Shown: positions 8,351 through 16,262, counted from the first letter of the stretch. The stretch: 21,371 nt of DNA from Pseudobdellovibrionaceae bacterium (GCA_044359815.1 JBIKLL010000046.1:1-21371), one strand, 5' to 3'. The notes: generated by a model not told the origin, from the sequence alone. A program made the numbers and translations.

Positions 8351-8625
8351 ATTTTTATGCTTCACAAATCTGTTATTAAATTTAAAAAGTGTTTTTAGAG
8401 TAATTTAATTTTCTGTTTTTAATATTATAAATACACCACGATTTATAGATAAAGACTTTAAATATTAGATACTTAACCAATGCTCAAACAGTCAGCAATT
8501 TGCTCAAACCCTTGAGCAATGGGAGGTCTAAGGTCTAGATTTGCACCATTTCCCCAAAAATTGTGGATAACTTTTTGGTCGGGAGCTGGGTTGAAGTTTC
8601 AATTTGCAGTGTCATAATTAAAAGT

Positions 8626-9165
8626 ATGAAAACTAAAACAATTCTTACATTTTTTTCGATCGTTTTTTGTGCAGTTTTTCAAGCACAGGCAGCCAAGGAA
8701 ACTAAAATTTTAAATTCAAAAACTCAATATAAAAAAGACTTAGAGTTATTACTCCAAAAAAAGAACAATTCCAGAATCATAAAATCTAAAGGTGAACTGG
8801 AAAACTTTAAAATTGTCGAAACAGACTTTCAAAAGCTAAACAGCAAAGATTTTAGACAGACTGCCAATAATTTTTTAAAAACCTTTCCGGCCAGTCCGCT
8901 TTCGGATGATGTGCTGTATTTAGTGGGTTTGTCGTTTTTTATGGAAAGACGTTACGGGGAATCCTTAAAAAATTTTAATCACATAGTTAAATTTTATCCC
9001 AACAGCAATCGAACGGCTTCAGCGCAATTTGCAAAAGCCATTTTGCTGAAAAAATTAAATCTTCCCGACATGGCTGAAAAAAAATTATTTGAGGTCATGA
9101 AAGAATTTAAAGGCAGTCCCGAAGCTTTTAGAGCTCAATCCGAATTGAAAATACTGAGGCAGTGA
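8626..9165 (+). CDS. Periplasmic TPR protein, CpoB/YbgF-like
   Basis: Signal peptide (AQA-A); FLKTFPASPLSDDVLYLVG and FYPNSNRTASAQF TPR pattern. ATG 8626 preferred over GTG 8563. Confidence 0.75.
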   Translation: MKTKTILTFFSIVFCAVFQAQAAKETKILNSKTQYKKDLELLLQKKNNSRIIKSKGELENFKIVETDFQKLNSKDFRQTANNFLKTFPASPLSDDVLYLVGLSFFMERRYGESLKNFNHIVKFYPNSNRTASAQFAKAILLKKLNLPDMAEKKLFEVMKEFKGSPEAFRAQSELKILRQ

Positions 9166-10329
9166 TTGCTGTTTGCTATTTTTGTTTTAAGCAGCCTAAT
9201 TGGATGGACGCAGGATGAGCCCGATCTGTTAAAGGAAGGCCATTTCCACGAAGTCTACAAAACCTACAACGCAGAACCCACACCCTATGACAGTTGGTCC
9301 CAGGTCATAACAGGCAAAGATCAATCCTACGAAATCCGATCAGGGGATACATTGTGGGAAATCAGTGATGTGTTATTTGGTGATTCGTATTTTTGGCCCA
9401 AGGTTTGGAGCTTGAATGTTTCTGAAATTGGAAATCCCCATGAAATTGAACCCAATCAGGTTTTGACCTTCACTCAAGGAACAAAAGACCAAGCTCCTAA
9501 AATGCAATTAAGTGAATCAGCTCCAGAACCCGTGCGCAGTAAAAAAAGATCCGTGCCTCCGCCAAAGATTCCGCCCAGTTTACCGCATTGGATTTACGAA
9601 AAACCCGAATACGCCAGAAAAGACTCTGAGATTTTTCTGAAGCCTCGCGACCAATACGTGGCAGAGGTCAATCAGATTTTGTCTTCTTATGTCAGCAACG
9701 TTCCTTTGTCCGAAGTCGGTGAAGTTGTCGAAGTCGAAAGGGGCTTTGGCTCAGCGATGGAATTTCAAATCGTGTTTGTGAAAGCGCCCTCAGCAGCTGT
9801 CGGCAGACAGTATTCTGTGATGAAAGAAAACTCGACATTAAAAGATCCCGATTACGATGTTAAGGGGACAGTGGTTGTCGTTGAGGGTTTGATTAAACTG
9901 ACTGAATTGGTTGATCCCGCAGAGCAGATTTTCAGAGCTGTGGTGATTAAATCCAATGACCAATTATCCAAAGGTGCAAAGCTTGTGGATAAGCCGCTGC
10001 CAGTCTGGCAAATCGGTGGAGCCACCGCTGCTGGGATAGCTCGTTCACGAGTTGTTGGTGGGCAATTTGCCCTGCGCAGATCAGTGCTGGGCACATCGTC
10101 GGTGATTTATTTAGGTGGAGGGCAGGCTGCTGGATTGGTAAAAGGCAGAATCTATGAAGTCTTCAAAAATCAAAAACGCAGAAATCCATCAACACTGGCC
10201 CCGAAAGACTCGCAGAAAATTGCAAAAGTCTTAGTGATTGATGCCAACGAAAATTTCGCCACAGGTTATGTTTTAAACTCATCGCAAGAAATTTCAGAAG
10301 GCGATGTCTTAGATCCGTCGCTGTTGTAA
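9166..10329 (+). CDS. LysM peptidoglycan-binding protein, TsaP-like
   Basis: YEIRSGDTLWEIS..FGDSYFWPKVWSLN..IGNPHEIEPNQVL LysM domain, Pro-rich linker and beta-rich C-terminus; lies directly upstream of dprA as TsaP-type genes often do. Confidence 0.8.
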   Translation: MLFAIFVLSSLIGWTQDEPDLLKEGHFHEVYKTYNAEPTPYDSWSQVITGKDQSYEIRSGDTLWEISDVLFGDSYFWPKVWSLNVSEIGNPHEIEPNQVLTFTQGTKDQAPKMQLSESAPEPVRSKKRSVPPPKIPPSLPHWIYEKPEYARKDSEIFLKPRDQYVAEVNQILSSYVSNVPLSEVGEVVEVERGFGSAMEFQIVFVKAPSAAVGRQYSVMKENSTLKDPDYDVKGTVVVVEGLIKLTELVDPAEQIFRAVVIKSNDQLSKGAKLVDKPLPVWQIGGATAAGIARSRVVGGQFALRRSVLGTSSVIYLGGGQAAGLVKGRIYEVFKNQKRRNPSTLAPKDSQKIAKVLVIDANENFATGYVLNSSQEISEGDVLDPSLL

Positions 10330-10454
10330 CGGACGGGCAAATCCCATCACAGATCGGACCAAATCAGAAAAAGTTCTTTTGTTTGCAATTTTAAATGCAA
10401 CATAAACCTCGGTTGGTTCATTTTGTCTTTCAGAATTCAAACAATGAGGTTGTG

Positions 10455-11369
10455 ATGATAGACAAAATTTTACTGGCGCATTTGTTTCAGCGTCGGGGAC
10501 TGAGTGATTTCAAATATTTTTACGAATGCTGTGTAAAGCTTGATCAGGGGCAAAAGCTGACTGAACTGCAACTCAGATGGGCTGATGAAGATTTTTTTAA
10601 CAGAATTAATGAATATATTGATGCGATAAAATCTTTTATCCAATCAGGTGGACAGTTTTTGTTTCCTTGGGACCCCCTGTATCCCGAAAGTTTTTTTGCT
10701 ATGAACGACGCCCCTTACTGCCTGTCCTATCATGGGCACCCAATATGGAAACTCAAAAAGGGCCTAGCAATAGTGGGTTCGCGTTCGCCCACCCTGTGGA
10801 CTCAGAAATGGATGCAGCAAAATTTAGGACCTGCTTTGCAGCAGCTACAGATATTTACAATCAGCGGTGCCGCCAGAGGGGTTGATCAACTGGCCCACGT
10901 CATCAGTATCAGATCAGACACCCCCACGGTCGCCATTTTGCCGTCAGGGATTCAGAATTGTTACCCCACAGATTTTAAAAAATGGTTTGATCCCATTATC
11001 AAAGGCGGTGGAGCCATCGTGTCAGAGTATTCGCCCGTTGAGAGATTGGTAAAATGGAACTTTGCCAGAAGAAACCGTTTGATATCGGCCTTGTCCGAAG
11101 TGACTTTGATTGTGCAGGCCAACCTCCGGAGTGGGACAATACTGACTGCTAAGCATGCCATCGAACAGGGAAGACCCTTGGGCGTCGTGCCTTCCCACCC
11201 AACGGATACGACCTACGCGGGTTCTATGTATTTGATTTCAGAAGGTGCCTATTGGGTGCTCAGCCAACATGATATTGTTTCGCAATTTCGGTCCGAAGTT
11301 TTATATACAGATAGTGGTGAAGCCCTTGTTGGCACACCATTAGTGGACAATGGGTGCCTGGAATTTTAA
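10455..11369 (+). CDS. dprA: DNA-processing protein DprA
   Basis: LAIVGSR, TISGAARGVDQLAH, GGAIVSEY, FARRNRLISALS and SGTILTAKHAIEQGR motifs. Start placed at ATG 10455 after GAGG (ORF track 10395). Confidence 0.93.
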   Translation: MIDKILLAHLFQRRGLSDFKYFYECCVKLDQGQKLTELQLRWADEDFFNRINEYIDAIKSFIQSGGQFLFPWDPLYPESFFAMNDAPYCLSYHGHPIWKLKKGLAIVGSRSPTLWTQKWMQQNLGPALQQLQIFTISGAARGVDQLAHVISIRSDTPTVAILPSGIQNCYPTDFKKWFDPIIKGGGAIVSEYSPVERLVKWNFARRNRLISALSEVTLIVQANLRSGTILTAKHAIEQGRPLGVVPSHPTDTTYAGSMYLISEGAYWVLSQHDIVSQFRSEVLYTDSGEALVGTPLVDNGCLEF

Positions 11370-11404
11370 AATGAAAAAAAAATGAAAAATAATGAAAATT
11401 GCAT

Positions 11405-11434
11405 TTGAAATTTCACCAACTTTACCCCTACACT
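11405..11434 (+). promoter_or_regulatory. Candidate sigma70 promoter driving the intergenic sRNA
   Basis: TTGAAA (11405-11410), 18 nt, TACACT (11429-11434), preceded by an A-rich UP-like tract; no + strand ORF follows. Confidence 0.55.
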
Positions 11435-11440
11435 TAAGTT

Positions 11441-11507
11441 AAGGGAGGGGCGATGTGGTCACGGATGACCCCGGTAGTAAGGATGCTGCTGCATCGTCCT
11501 TGTTTTT
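11441..11507 (+). ncRNA. Candidate small RNA with two GGA-loop hairpins (Csr/Rsm-antagonist-like)
   Basis: Closing stem 11446-11457/11490-11501 encloses GUCA-CGGA-UGAC and GUAGUA-AGGA-UGCUGC hairpins, followed by UGUUUUU. G-U pairs work only on the + strand. Confidence 0.55.
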
Positions 11508-11522
11508 GATAAAATCTTCTGA

Positions 11523-12626
11523 TTAATTCCAATTTTTCTTGAAATTATAAGCTGCAAAACTGGCAAACACGAAATTCGGAATCCAGATTGCTAATGATAC
11601 AGGCAGGTTTCCCCCACGTGCGAAGCCCTCGCAGGCCACGTACAATATCCAATAAAACACAACCACCATCACGCAAACGATAAAATCCGATGATTTCTGA
11701 GTGCGCTTGTTCGTGGTTGCACCAATGCCGACCCCCAGAAAGCCAAACACCATACAGGCCAGGCTTAGGGCCCATCTTTTGTGAAATTCAATATGCAGTT
11801 TCAGTAAATCCTCGGAGGACAGGTCTTTGTTTTTTAATTGAATCTGGATTTCTTCCATCGAAAGCGAGGGCGGGGATTTTTCGCGATTTTCTTCTTTGAT
11901 GGGATCAAACAATTTAATGTCAAAGGTATCAAATTTAATTTTTGTGTGATTGGTGCCTTTTCTGTGAATGTCGCCGTTTTCCAATCGCAAAAGGGCCGAA
12001 TGTCCGGGGCGATCTGGATCCTGCAAAAGCTCTCCGGACTTGGCGATGATGGTTAGAGGGACTTCGCCTTTTTTTTCGTCATAGATAAAAATGTTTTGCA
12101 AAACGCCTTTGTCAGAATCAACGTTGTTGGCATAAATCACCATGTCAAAAAAACCTTCTGAAAAGGCACCGGCTCTGATGGTAGCGCCCGCTTTGGTTTG
12201 CCCCAATTTTGTAATCAACAATTCAAATTGCCTGTTGCCCCAGGGAGCTAAATTAAAACTGGTCTGGGCAGAAATAAAAAACACTAAAAGGCTCAGTAAA
12301 ATAGCTGGGTAGCTGAGTGTGAACAAATCTAAACCTGTTGATTTAAAAGCCAACAACTCAGAATCAGAGGACATCTTTCCATAGGTCATTAGTACCGAAA
12401 ACAAAAGACTCATGGGAAACAACACAGGCAAAATGCTGATGACTATGTAAGTCAGAATTTTGCCTATGGCAGCCAGGCCCACACCATGTATCAAAACGAA
12501 CTCGGTGTAACGCAAAGCTTGAAACATTAAGATGATAAAAACAAATACAACCACTCCCATAACAAATGAGGGGATTAGCTCATAAAAAACGTACTGATTT
12601 GCGGTTTTAGAAAACCTGTTCAACAT
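11523..12626 (-). CDS. lptF: LPS export ABC transporter permease LptF (LptF/LptG family)
   Basis: PMSLLFSVLMTYGKMSSDSELLAFKSTG, periplasmic beta-jellyroll region (AKSGEL, LRLENG), EFHKRWALSLAC and WIPN motifs. Confidence 0.88.
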   Translation of the reverse strand: MLNRFSKTANQYVFYELIPSFVMGVVVFVFIILMFQALRYTEFVLIHGVGLAAIGKILTYIVISILPVLFPMSLLFSVLMTYGKMSSDSELLAFKSTGLDLFTLSYPAILLSLLVFFISAQTSFNLAPWGNRQFELLITKLGQTKAGATIRAGAFSEGFFDMVIYANNVDSDKGVLQNIFIYDEKKGEVPLTIIAKSGELLQDPDRPGHSALLRLENGDIHRKGTNHTKIKFDTFDIKLFDPIKEENREKSPPSLSMEEIQIQLKNKDLSSEDLLKLHIEFHKRWALSLACMVFGFLGVGIGATTNKRTQKSSDFIVCVMVVVFYWILYVACEGFARGGNLPVSLAIWIPNFVFASFAAYNFKKNWN

Positions 12627-12697
12627 AGAACCATTCTAAGCGATGCATTGTGATTCAACAACTTTCAAATTAAGCAAATACATGGAATGATAAATCT

Positions 12698-13384
12698 ATG
12701 GCGCCCAGAATTTTGCTTATTTTTGATGATTTTAATGAGCTTTCAAAAACAGAAACCTATCTGAAAAAAACCAGTTTCGATGTTTTGAGTTTAAAAAATG
12801 AAAGATCATTGGCAGAACAGCTACTGGGTTTTAGGCCTGATGCCATTGTTGTTTATGGAAATTCAAACAGAGTTTCATCATTCAGTGTGGGCAAAAAACT
12901 AAAAGACAATCACAAATACCAGGGGCGAGTGATTTTGATTTTGCCCCCTGGGATTAAGCTCAGTCCTGAGGAATTATTAAAGGTTCGAATGAATGCCGTG
13001 ATAGAAGCCCCGGTTCCACCAGAAAAAATGCTGAAACTGCTGGCAAAACAATTGAATTTAAATGAGTCTGCAATTTTAGAAAAACTGCGCAGATTGCAGG
13101 CTCAGGATTCTTCATATTTAAAATTCGCAGAAGGCGAAGGAGCAGGGGATACTGACTCCACAATGGTTACAGGCGATGTGAGCGAGAAAAAGCCTAAAAA
13201 ACCCTCAAAGTACGATAAATTTGTAGAGGGGGTTAAAATCAACAAGGCATCCTCTACTTTGAGCCGAACTGAGACTAAAAAAAGACAAACTGAGCTGGCC
13301 AAAGAATGGGACTTTGACAAAATCAAAGAAATAGACAAATTAAAGCAAGAGTTCGCTAAAGCGTTGTTTAAAAAATCTAAATAA
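12698..13384 (+). CDS. Atypical receiver-like domain protein with charged C-terminal tail
   Basis: RILLIFDD...FRPDAIVVYG...VILIL...AVIEAPV follows the CheY-like pattern but lacks the acceptor Asp and conserved Lys. Confidence 0.6.
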   Translation: MAPRILLIFDDFNELSKTETYLKKTSFDVLSLKNERSLAEQLLGFRPDAIVVYGNSNRVSSFSVGKKLKDNHKYQGRVILILPPGIKLSPEELLKVRMNAVIEAPVPPEKMLKLLAKQLNLNESAILEKLRRLQAQDSSYLKFAEGEGAGDTDSTMVTGDVSEKKPKKPSKYDKFVEGVKINKASSTLSRTETKKRQTELAKEWDFDKIKEIDKLKQEFAKALFKKSK

Positions 13385-13397
13385 ATAAGGAGCCTTT

Positions 13398-13724
13398 ATG
13401 AGCCAAAACACTTTCCCTGTAACTGACAGCAACTTTGATCAAGAGGTTTTGAAATCCAATAAGCCTGTTTTGGTTGATTTTTGGGCTGAATGGTGTGGAC
13501 CTTGTCGTGCTATCGGACCAAAGCTTGAGGAAATTGCCTCTGAAATGTCACAACAAATTCGTGTGGCCAAGGTTGATGTGGATGCCAATCAAACAATCCC
13601 TGCACAGTTTGGGATTAAAAGCATTCCGACTATGATTTTGTTTAAGGGCGGTAAAGCCGTTGATCAAATTATGGGAAATATGCCCAAAGAACACATCGTT
13701 GAATTTATCAGAAAGCATGTATGA
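13398..13724 (+). CDS. trxA: Thioredoxin
   Basis: VLVDFWAEWCGPC and IKSIPT motifs; 108 aa; AAGGAG RBS. Confidence 0.96.
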   Translation: MSQNTFPVTDSNFDQEVLKSNKPVLVDFWAEWCGPCRAIGPKLEEIASEMSQQIRVAKVDVDANQTIPAQFGIKSIPTMILFKGGKAVDQIMGNMPKEHIVEFIRKHV

Positions 13725-14173
13725 GAAAAATTAATTTAAAATTACTGGTTTTACCTGTTTTTTTTCTGGCCTTAAATTCTGGGGCTGTCGAAAGTGTCGA
13801 GGACAAGAAAGAAATCAAGGGTCACGAAGGCGCAGTCACTAATGCTTCAGTTTATTTTGTTGAGCCTAAAGACGGCGCCGTAGTGAAGAGTAAATTTAAG
13901 GTAAAGTTTGGGGTCAAAGGCATGAGGGTCAAACCCGCCGGTGAAATCGAAATGGGTACTGGCCATCATCATTTAATTATTAACTCAACCCCAATCGGCA
14001 AGGATCAGGTTATTCCAGCCGATGAAAAACACATTCACTACGGCAATGGACAGACTGAAGCAAAACTTGATTTAAAGCCCGGTGAATACACTCTGACCCT
14101 GCAATTTGCTGACGGCAAACATATGGCCTACGGACCCATGATGACGTCATCAATTAAGATCACAGTAAAATAA
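13721..14173 (+). CDS. DUF4399-type exported protein
   Basis: Signal peptide; VYFVEPKDG, TGHHHLII, HIHYGNGQTE and LKPGEYTLTLQFADGKH motifs; ATGA overlap with trxA. Confidence 0.8.
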   Translation: MRKINLKLLVLPVFFLALNSGAVESVEDKKEIKGHEGAVTNASVYFVEPKDGAVVKSKFKVKFGVKGMRVKPAGEIEMGTGHHHLIINSTPIGKDQVIPADEKHIHYGNGQTEAKLDLKPGEYTLTLQFADGKHMAYGPMMTSSIKITVK

Positions 14174-14177
14174 AATT

Positions 14178-14675
14178 CTAGTTGCAGGCGTAATCTTCTG
14201 CAGTTTCGTAGTAGGATTTAATGACTGAATCGCTTGCAGCTAAGGCAATAAAATCGTCGTCATTAAAATTTCCCTGCATAGTTTTGTCGTAAAATTCAAC
14301 AGCGTGTTTGCAGCGGATGGCTTGTCTTTCTTTGCTCAGCTTTCTGAGTCCGGTTGAAGTGGCAGAAGCCAAGGTGGTGTTCAATCCTGAATCATCATTA
14401 AATCTTCTGACTTCAGAATCCAAATTAGCATAAACTCTTGAACCTAAATGTCTCCATCTGGTCACAAAGCTATTTACCATTTTTGTGCTCATTAAATAGG
14501 GATGGCTATCGCCCAGCCAATTTTCGTTGCAAACCAATCTGGCGTACTGGATCAATCCATAGCCTGTGTGAACAGCCAATCGGGTTTTGTTTTTAGTGGT
14601 GCAGGTTTTTTTTGCCAAAGCCATCGATGGAACCATCAATCCTGCCAAGCAAATTATTTTTAAAATATGAAACAT
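14178..14675 (-). CDS. Hypothetical secreted protein (4 Cys in mature part)
   Basis: GAGGA RBS, signal peptide ending ALA-K, 165 aa; no recognised motif. Confidence 0.7.
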   Translation of the reverse strand: MFHILKIICLAGLMVPSMALAKKTCTTKNKTRLAVHTGYGLIQYARLVCNENWLGDSHPYLMSTKMVNSFVTRWRHLGSRVYANLDSEVRRFNDDSGLNTTLASATSTGLRKLSKERQAIRCKHAVEFYDKTMQGNFNDDDFIALAASDSVIKSYYETAEDYACN

Positions 14676-14818
14676 GATTTCCTCGTTTTTGATTTAAACT
14701 TTGGGTCGCCGGGACACTTTAGCAGATCAGTGGTTTAAACCCCATCTGATGACCTGCTGGATAGAAAGATTTCCAAACCTGTCAAAAAGATCAACAGCCA
14801 GCTCGCTCCCCAACCCCC

Positions 14819-15143
14819 ACCAATTAAAAACCAATGCCTGCAGTTAATTTGAATTTGAATTTTAAAAAATATTTCTATGCTTTTTTATCTTGTGAATACA
14901 TTTGCGAGCGCGACGTTTAATTTACCGCCGCATATCTGGTGTTGCGTATATATAATAACTCAACACCAGATATGCCCCGCACGCTCGCTGCATGTGTCTA
15001 AAAAAAGTAAAAACAAATTACCTTTGCATTTATGCAATACGAGAGATGAGCTTGCGGCCGTTAGCAAGTATTCACAAGGTATAAAAGCATAGAAATATTT
15101 TTTAAAATTCAAATTAACTGCAGGCATTAGGTTTTTAATTGGT
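14819..15143. repeat. Long composite palindromic element, copy 2
   Basis: Arms 14819-14899/15068-15143 differ by a 1-nt indel, a 6-nt duplication and 2 substitutions. 14958-15077 matches 6503-6622 at 116/120 nt. Confidence 0.92.
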
Positions 15144-15909
15144 AGGTTGTCGATTTGCCTTTGCCAAAAACCGCCAGAAGACCTGCATCTGTTAGGGGCT
15201 TCAGATTTCGATTGGCCGTCCTGCGCGAGACTTTAAAATCATCCATAAAAGACTCTGTTGAAAATTTCTGGGTGCCGTAGGTTGTTTTTAGTTTTGTCAG
15301 CATTAATTGCAGATCATTGGTAAACAGATCAGACTGATTTGTTTTAGTAAAATATAATGTCAGTTCGGTGTTCTTGCCCCATCGGTAACCCAAAGGAGTT
15401 GAATCAATTTGCAGTGCCAGTTTGTTTTTTCGAATCCATTCCTGAAACCGGGTCATGACTTGATAAGTTTTGTGAGTGCTGTGTTCTGGATCAAAATATT
15501 CTTTTGCATACAGCAGTTCAAACAGATTTCCCACTGTGATGGGATTATACAAATCCAATGACAACGAACGAATGATTTTTAAAAAAAGTTTTGAACACTT
15601 TAATTTTTTATGTTCCCAGTTTTTCAAAAAACCAGAAGCGACCTCATAATGAACTCGGCCTTTGGATTTGCGACCCAGTTCATACACGAATGATTCAGGA
15701 GCTTTCCACTGAAGCTCAGATTCAATAAAATTTCTGTAACTGACCAAGGGGCTTCCGAAATAAAGCTGACACAGTTTTTTGTTGTCCTTGTTTTTTAGGG
15801 CTTCAAAACGATCAAGTTCCCGCAGAATTTCCCACTGACCCTGTTTTTCGACCAAGGCTTTAAAACGATTCAGTTCAGAGGAAATTTCATACTCAGGCTT
15901 TTGCAGCAA
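15127..15909 (-). CDS. Putative DNA-binding protein with C-terminal HTH; probably a 5'-truncated remnant
   Basis: C-terminus FKVSRRTANRNLKPLTDAGLLAVFGKGKSTTY is wHTH-like. The frame stays open 41 codons upstream of TTG 15909 (to 16032) with no ATG/GTG/TTG or evident RBS. Confidence 0.6.
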   Translation of the reverse strand: MLQKPEYEISSELNRFKALVEKQGQWEILRELDRFEALKNKDNKKLCQLYFGSPLVSYRNFIESELQWKAPESFVYELGRKSKGRVHYEVASGFLKNWEHKKLKCSKLFLKIIRSLSLDLYNPITVGNLFELLYAKEYFDPEHSTHKTYQVMTRFQEWIRKNKLALQIDSTPLGYRWGKNTELTLYFTKTNQSDLFTNDLQLMLTKLKTTYGTQKFSTESFMDDFKVSRRTANRNLKPLTDAGLLAVFGKGKSTTYQLKT

Positions 15910-15973
15910 ATGACAGATGTGGATCCATTTTTCTATGTACAGATTCAGAGCGTGTTTTTGACCCGAAATTTCT

Positions 15974-16252
15974 TTGGATGCTCGTTTAAAAAAATCCTGG
16001 GCTTCTGTGGGCTTTAAAAATTTAGTGCACTTTCACGAGGACGGTTTTGCAATCACAGCTCGGGGTGCCGATTTAAAAGTGTTTTATTTCTTTGATAAAT
16101 TCTATAATGTAAAAACCAAAGCAACTGATTGGAAACTCTCTGGTAATATCGAGTATAAAAATAAATCTATAAACTTGAAATGCCAAACCTATAGGGCTTT
16201 TGAAACCGAACAAGATATACTTGAACCTGGTCCAGTGATTCAGATTAATTAA
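15974..16252 (+). pseudogene. Possible 3' fragment of an unknown gene
   Basis: 92-codon ORF with weak TTG start, ending 10 nt before the convergent rodA stop; its 5' part overlaps the open frame of the opposite-strand HTH gene. Confidence 0.3.
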
Positions 16253-16262
16253 GTTAAAAATT

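Noticed and set aside
8562..8570. Replication origin
   Set aside because: Only one consensus DnaA box, and no dnaA/dnaN/gidA context.
14700..14765. SAM-I or fluoride riboswitch (CTATCCAG..CCCGGCGACC on minus; AAACC..CTGATGAC on plus)
   Set aside because: Only fragments match. The SAM-I P1 3' strand and GGUGC, and the fluoride GAUGG, are missing, and the gene context does not fit.
14877..15092. 71-aa ORF
   Set aside because: Entirely inside palindromic element 2, no RBS, and not frame-conserved with copy 1.
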